Origin: a virus
Taxonomy: Duplodnaviria; Heunggongvirae; Uroviricota; Caudoviricetes
DNA length: 11,543 bases
Strand: one strand, 5' to 3'
Virus record (IMG/VR): IMGVR_UViG_2698536484_000028
Shown here: positions 7,774-11,543 of the stretch, one piece after another
Position numbering within the stretch: position 1 is the first letter of the stretch
Layout: the number at the start of each line of letters is the position of its first letter
Translations under genes and position numbers: made by a program
Notes under the pieces: model-generated
The model's database searches: none
Seen by the model: the letters and a program-made list of their open reading frames with translations, nothing else
Told to the model about the DNA's origin: nothing

Positions 7774-7814
7774 TGCGGTATCGTATTTATATGCGTTATG
7801 GGATTTTGTGTCAA
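7774..7814 (-). promoter_or_regulatory. PL-like leftward sigma70 promoter overlapped by two operator-like repeats
   Basis: On the minus strand: -35 TTGACA (rc of 7809-7814), 17-bp spacer, -10 TATAAA (rc of 7786-7791). Operator-like motifs TGCGGTATCG (7774-7783) and TGCGTTATGG (7792-7801) flank the -10 hexamer. Confidence 0.55.
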
Positions 7815-7830
7815 TACGAAAATGAATTAT

Positions 7831-7868
7831 TTTGCAAATAAGAAAACCGCCCTTGTGGAGAGCGGTTT
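7831..7868 (-). terminator. Intrinsic terminator downstream of the cI-like gene
   Basis: Hairpin AAACCGC..GCGGTTT (7844-7868) with extra inner pairs; on the minus strand it is followed by UCUUAUUUGCAAAAU. Sits between the cI stop (7899) and the PL-like promoter. Confidence 0.5.
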
Positions 7869-7898
7869 GATCAGAGGTAAGTTATCAGACTGTAAAGG

Positions 7899-8573
7899 TT
7901 AGTACATGCGTAGCGCGGATTTGGCGATCCCCGCCACGTAATGGATTTTTTCAATGTTTTCGCGTGGTACTCTGACTGGTGGATGATCTTCATTTACAGA
8001 CATTAGATGGAACAGGCCATCGCGTTCGAACAAGAAGGTTTTAACCATGACCTCACCGTCCCGGGTAACCACAAGTACTTCATCACCAGGAGTGTAGTCG
8101 TGGTTGGGTTCGACGATTACGAACTCACCCTCTTTGATTCTAGGCATCATTGAATCACCAACACATTTCAGGGCGTATGCATCTTCATCCTTTGTCGGCC
8201 AGTATATGAAACCATCACTGCTACCTACTGAATATTGGGTGTCGCTCCAAAGTCCTCCAACGCCTAGCTGAGTGTTTCCCAAAACAGGTACTTTATTAAA
8301 CCTAAGAGAAATATACGTTTTTATACCTGTCGCGTCCTCTTTCTCCATTTCTTGAAGGCTCCTTTCTGCCAGGTCTATTGGTGACACGTGGAAGTAGTCG
8401 GCGATCTGCTTTAACGTTGCGTATTTCGGATCTTTCACCTCTCCTGATACCAGCCTGTGTAGCGTTGGTTGGTTCAGCTGTAACCGACGTGCCAGCTCAG
8501 TTATCGAGCTTATCTTGGTTTTGTCCATCAGGTACTTGATGTTTTGAGAAAGGATATCGGTAGTATCAATCAT
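7899..8573 (-). CDS. cI/LexA-like phage repressor (N-terminal HTH, C-terminal S24 peptidase domain)
   Basis: 224-aa ORF. N-terminal HTH region (ITELARRLQLNQPTLHRLVSG); C-terminal S24 signature with Ser in CVGDSMMP and Lys in EVMVKTF. No canonical Ala-Gly cleavage site in the linker; candidates are L-G or V-G-G in VPVLGNTQLGVGG. Confidence 0.85.
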   Translation of the reverse strand: MIDTTDILSQNIKYLMDKTKISSITELARRLQLNQPTLHRLVSGEVKDPKYATLKQIADYFHVSPIDLAERSLQEMEKEDATGIKTYISLRFNKVPVLGNTQLGVGGLWSDTQYSVGSSDGFIYWPTKDEDAYALKCVGDSMMPRIKEGEFVIVEPNHDYTPGDEVLVVTRDGEVMVKTFLFERDGLFHLMSVNEDHPPVRVPRENIEKIHYVAGIAKSALRMY

Positions 8574-8714
8574 TTGGATTCATCCATGTTGTATACAGGG
8601 ACGGTGATTATGCGTTATCGGATATTTTAATACAGGATGATATAGAATTGCCGTATTGCTGAATAATCCGTTTTCGTATAAATTTGCGCTATAGACGAAA
8701 GTGGAGACTTAAAT
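8574..8714. promoter_or_regulatory. Divergent cI/cro-type immunity control region
   Basis: Operator-like motifs TGCGTTATCG (8611-8620) and TGCGCTATAG (8685-8694). Candidate rightward promoter -35 TTGCTG (8656-8661) / -10 TAAATT (8679-8684), with cro SD GGAG at 8703-8706. Candidate leftward -10 CATAAT (rc of 8607-8612). Palindrome TGTATACA at 8590-8597. Confidence 0.5.
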
Positions 8715-8915
8715 ATGTCCGGACTAACACCACAAGAGATGGTCAAAAGCTTGATTGATTCAGGGTATACCCAAAACCAAATTGCCGAAATTGCAGGCGT
8801 GAAGCAGTCTTCTATTAGTCGGCTTCTCACCGGGGTTCATTCTGACCCTCGCTTTTCTACAGTACGTGCGATAGAAAAGCTTTTTCAGGAAGTGACAGCT
8901 AGACAAAAGGCGTAA
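8715..8915 (+). CDS. Cro-like small HTH (XRE-type) regulator
   Basis: 66-aa ORF divergent from the repressor, with GGAG SD 8 nt upstream. HTH region QNQIAEIAGVKQSSISRLLTG. Stop is 3 nt before the primase start. Confidence 0.8.
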   Translation: MSGLTPQEMVKSLIDSGYTQNQIAEIAGVKQSSISRLLTGVHSDPRFSTVRAIEKLFQEVTARQKA

Positions 8916-8918
8916 CCC

Positions 8919-11180
8919 ATGTCTGATAACAAACCATGGGGAGCTACGCCCGATGAGTGGTTCCACTTCGATCTGGTGTTGGGGATGACAGACAGGCTTT
9001 TACCTGTGGTGTCCAATCCCTGTGCAGAACTGTCGCCTAATAGCAAGCTGTCTCATAATTTCGGCAAAACCCCCAGTCGCTACAATGGCCAACGTAAGGT
9101 TGTTGGTATCCCCGACTGGGCTAACTATGTTGTTACGGAAAACGATTTTGCCCGGTGGTCGAACGAACCCGATTACGGTATTTGCGTTCGTACTGGCGAC
9201 GGGGTGGTGGCTCTGGACTGCGATATCAATGACGCCGGGATGCAGGAGATCGTACGCAATATTATCCTATCATGCCTGGGGGAACTTCCGCCACGTCGCT
9301 GGCGGGCTGACAGTCATAAATGCCTGTACCTGATTGCTGTTGATGGCGACTACCGTAAACGTGGTCACCGCCTGGAAGGCGAAAACAAACAAATAGAGCT
9401 GCTCGCTAAGGGCCAGCAGTTTGTGGCTTGTGGTACCCATCCGGCAGGCGAACGTATTCAGTGGGACAGCGGTTTGCCCGGCGAACCTCTGAAAATTACA
9501 TCTGAACAGCTCGAAAGCCTGTGGCAGCGTCTGGCGGATAACTTACCCGTGAAAGACAGCTATACCGCAGGTGCAGGACGTCAGCGTGACCTTTCCTGTG
9601 TTGATCCTTCCGCGACAGATGATGTCGCCGACTGGCTTGACGCGAACGGGTGGACTCTGTCAGTCAGCTCTGATGGTTCCCGCAATCTGAAACCGTTTCG
9701 GGATGAGTCAGAATACAGCAACGGTTGCAGCGAAACATCCATTAAGTATTTTCCAAAAGGGACGGGGGGATTTGAACAGGGACATTTTAAAAGCATGCAC
9801 AACACCGATGCGGGGCTTACTGATGCCGACTGGCTGGAAGGCTACGGCTATACGCAATCCCTGTTCGAAGATCTCACGGTGGCTGAAGATGGCGATAAGC
9901 CTGAATTTACCGATATTAATACAGATATGACAGCTCATTTTCTGGAACGCTTTATCTACGTCATCGAGGGTGACCAGGTATGTGATCTTAGCCGACCGCC
10001 ATATCAGTGCATGATGGATATGAAGTCGTTCAAAAACCTGATGGCGCCTTACCAGTTCCCGCCAGAAGGGAAAGGACAACCAACTCCCGCAACCAAACGG
10101 TGGATAGAGCATCGGCATAAGAAGATTGCTGAGACGACAGGCTATAAGCCCGGTGCGGGACGTATTATCGAGCGTTTCGACGGGCGGTTTGAGATAAACG
10201 AATTTTATATGCCTGAGCATCCACGTACAGCGGATACAAGTAAGGTGTCCACGTTCCTTAATCATATGGCGTATCTGGTACCTGATGCCTGGCAGCGCGA
10301 GTTTTTCATCGCCCGTCTGGGGTGGATGGTTCAGCGTCCGGAGCGTCGATGCCCGATTTCTATTCTGCATGTGGCTACCGCACATGGTACGGGCAGAGGA
10401 TGGGTCAGTCAGTTAATGGAGCGCGTGCTTGGCCCGTGGAACTGTGCTCGTACTCGCATGAAGATCCTGTGCGATAACCAGTTCCATGACTATCTGTACA
10501 ATACACTTCTATGCACCATTGACGAGGTGCGCGAAAACGATAAGCGGTATGAGGTGAACGATAAGATCCGTGACGTGCTGACAGAACCACGGTTTGAAGT
10601 GAACCGCAAATATGGCAGCAAAAAAACGATGGATATATACACCGGCTTTCTGTTCTACACCAACCACTTTGATGCGCTGGCGCTGCCAGAGGAAGACCGA
10701 CGTATAGCTGTGCTGGGGGGCCCTGACTTCGCCGCAACTGAAGAGCATTACGCCAGCCTGTACGGTGCGCTAAGCGACAGCGACTTTATCGCCCAGGTGT
10801 ACTGGTATCTAATGGGCGTTGACCTGTCTCGCTTTAACTGGCAGCGCGCCCCCGAGACGAAAGAACGCCTTCTGATGATTGAAAGCAATAAGAGCGATGT
10901 GGAGGCTGCTCTTATTGAAATCCTGGATAATCCGCCTGTGCCAGCAATGACTTATCAACAAATTGTTAACGCAATACTGGCAGAAGCAGGAATGGATGTA
11001 GAAATTAACCAGAAGCATATTACTCGCATTTTGAAAGAAAGAACAAAGCGGGAACCCGTACGCGTAAAAATTGACGGGTTTGTATATAGGATTTGGATTC
11101 TTGTAAAAAATAACGATTTCAGCAACGAAGAATTGCGCGAAATATATAAATCTTGCGAAATTTTGCAATCTGGATTGTAA
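8919..11180 (+). CDS. Replication initiator: AEP-type primase-polymerase N-terminal domain fused to an SF3-helicase-like NTPase domain
   Basis: 753-aa ORF. N-terminal GICVRTGDGVVALDCD (hhhDhD-type AEP motif). C-terminal region has P-loop-like ILHVATAHGTGRGW, Walker B-like LLCTIDEV and motif C-like FYTNHF. An iteron origin lies immediately downstream. Confidence 0.8.
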   Translation: MSDNKPWGATPDEWFHFDLVLGMTDRLLPVVSNPCAELSPNSKLSHNFGKTPSRYNGQRKVVGIPDWANYVVTENDFARWSNEPDYGICVRTGDGVVALDCDINDAGMQEIVRNIILSCLGELPPRRWRADSHKCLYLIAVDGDYRKRGHRLEGENKQIELLAKGQQFVACGTHPAGERIQWDSGLPGEPLKITSEQLESLWQRLADNLPVKDSYTAGAGRQRDLSCVDPSATDDVADWLDANGWTLSVSSDGSRNLKPFRDESEYSNGCSETSIKYFPKGTGGFEQGHFKSMHNTDAGLTDADWLEGYGYTQSLFEDLTVAEDGDKPEFTDINTDMTAHFLERFIYVIEGDQVCDLSRPPYQCMMDMKSFKNLMAPYQFPPEGKGQPTPATKRWIEHRHKKIAETTGYKPGAGRIIERFDGRFEINEFYMPEHPRTADTSKVSTFLNHMAYLVPDAWQREFFIARLGWMVQRPERRCPISILHVATAHGTGRGWVSQLMERVLGPWNCARTRMKILCDNQFHDYLYNTLLCTIDEVRENDKRYEVNDKIRDVLTEPRFEVNRKYGSKKTMDIYTGFLFYTNHFDALALPEEDRRIAVLGGPDFAATEEHYASLYGALSDSDFIAQVYWYLMGVDLSRFNWQRAPETKERLLMIESNKSDVEAALIEILDNPPVPAMTYQQIVNAILAEAGMDVEINQKHITRILKERTKREPVRVKIDGFVYRIWILVKNNDFSNEELREIYKSCEILQSGL

Positions 11181-11183
11181 AAA

Positions 11184-11437
11184 GGTGACGGCTAGGTGAC
11201 GGCAAAACGCTTAAGCGTCACCTTAAAAAGTATATATAAAACAATGGGGAATGTGCTAAAGGTGACAGGTGACGGCAGAATTTAAAACTATATACGCGAG
11301 AGTGTGTATTTTAGGTATTATACGATCGCTTATATATATATAGAACTAAAATCAACCGTCACCTGTCACCTAAAACATCTTCAGGCTTTATATGGCGCGC
11401 TTTGCAGCAGGTGACGGATATGTAATTACGCGTCACC
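11184..11437. repeat. Iteron-type replication origin: eight GGTGAC(G/A)G repeats in both orientations around an AT-rich spacer
   Basis: GGTGACGG at 11184-11191, 11195-11202 and 11410-11417. Tandem GGTGACAGGTGACGG at 11261-11275 and its exact reverse complement CCGTCACCTGTCACC at 11356-11370, flanking an ~80-bp AT-rich segment that includes TATATATATATAG. Inverted CGTCACC at 11216-11222 and 11431-11437. Confidence 0.6.
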
Positions 11438-11440
11438 TAG

Positions 11441-11543
11441 GGAAGGTGCGAACAAGTCCCTGATATGAGATCATGTTTGTCATCTGGAGCCATGGAACAG
11501 GGTTCATCATGAGTCATCAACTTACCTTCGCCGACAGTGAATT
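11441..11543 (+). mobile_element. Left end of IS5 (terminal inverted repeat plus start of transposase), truncated by the window edge
   Basis: GGAAGGTGCGAACAAG at 11441-11456 matches the IS5 terminal repeat as I remember it and is preceded by CTAG (a typical IS5 target). The downstream sequence matches the known IS5 left end up to the transposase start. Confidence 0.8.
11509..11543 (+). CDS. insH: IS5 transposase InsH, N-terminal fragment
   Basis: ATG at 11509 translates to MSHQLTFADSEF.., the N-terminus of IS5 transposase as recalled. The ORF runs off the window. Confidence 0.75.
   Translation, partial: MSHQLTFADSE

Noticed and set aside
7472-7898. N-like antiterminator gene or boxB hairpin downstream of the PL-like promoter
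   Set aside because: Minus-strand reading frames here give only peptides of 8-18 aa, and I could not find a convincing 5-bp-stem/pentaloop boxB. Only boxA is reported.
8586-8600. Possible LexA (SOS) box near the cI start (TGTATACAG)
   Set aside because: It lacks the CTGT-N8-ACAG spacing of a LexA box; it is only an 8-bp palindrome TGTATACA.
8627-8966. Minus-strand ORFs 8627..8830 and 8760..8966 across the operator region and cro
   Set aside because: They overlap the cro-like gene and the regulatory intergenic region. The divergent cI/cro arrangement explains the region better.
9022-11168. ORFs nested in or antisense to the primase gene (9022..9333, 9581..9805, 9703..9930, 9708..10385, 10405..10737, 10509..10748, 10809..11168)
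   Set aside because: They are contained within a 753-aa ORF with primase and NTPase motifs. Translations are low-complexity or hydrophobic, typical of antisense frames.
11184-11437. Possible CRISPR array, because of the short repeats
   Set aside because: The repeats are 8-mers in both orientations with irregular spacing and no uniform repeat-spacer periodicity. This is an iteron pattern, not CRISPR.

Overview
This window reads as the early (immunity plus replication) region of an enterobacterial temperate phage or phage-like integrated element, ending in the left end of an IS5 copy. All calls come from reading the sequence and the supplied ORF translations; no database search was run, so family names are from memory. 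On the minus strand, 6728->194 is a tightly packed operon: small membrane protein, 300-aa hypothetical, Cas4-like PD-(D/E)XK nuclease (DUF2800-type), SSB-like protein (DUF2815-type), family-A DNA polymerase with 3'-5' exonuclease motifs, and a terminal TIR-like (COG4271/Cap12-type) gene with an intrinsic terminator. The operon is interrupted between the SSB-like and polymerase genes by a very AT-rich, opposite-strand gene for a multi-pass membrane protein. A lambda-style immunity region follows: a cI-like HTH+S24 peptidase repressor (7899..8573, -) divergent from a Cro-like HTH gene (8715..8915, +), which is followed directly by an AEP-type primase-polymerase/helicase-like gene (8919..11180) and an iteron-type origin (GGTGACGG repeats, 11184..11437). 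Left of cI there is a near-consensus leftward promoter overlapped by operator-like repeats and followed 30 nt later by an exact rrn-type boxA 12-mer, with no N-like gene. A convergent coiled-coil/zinc-ribbon gene (6953..7471, +) and a minus-strand terminator lie between that promoter and the replication operon. Best candidates for accessory or defence cargo are the AT-rich membrane-protein gene, the TIR-like gene and the convergent zinc-ribbon gene.
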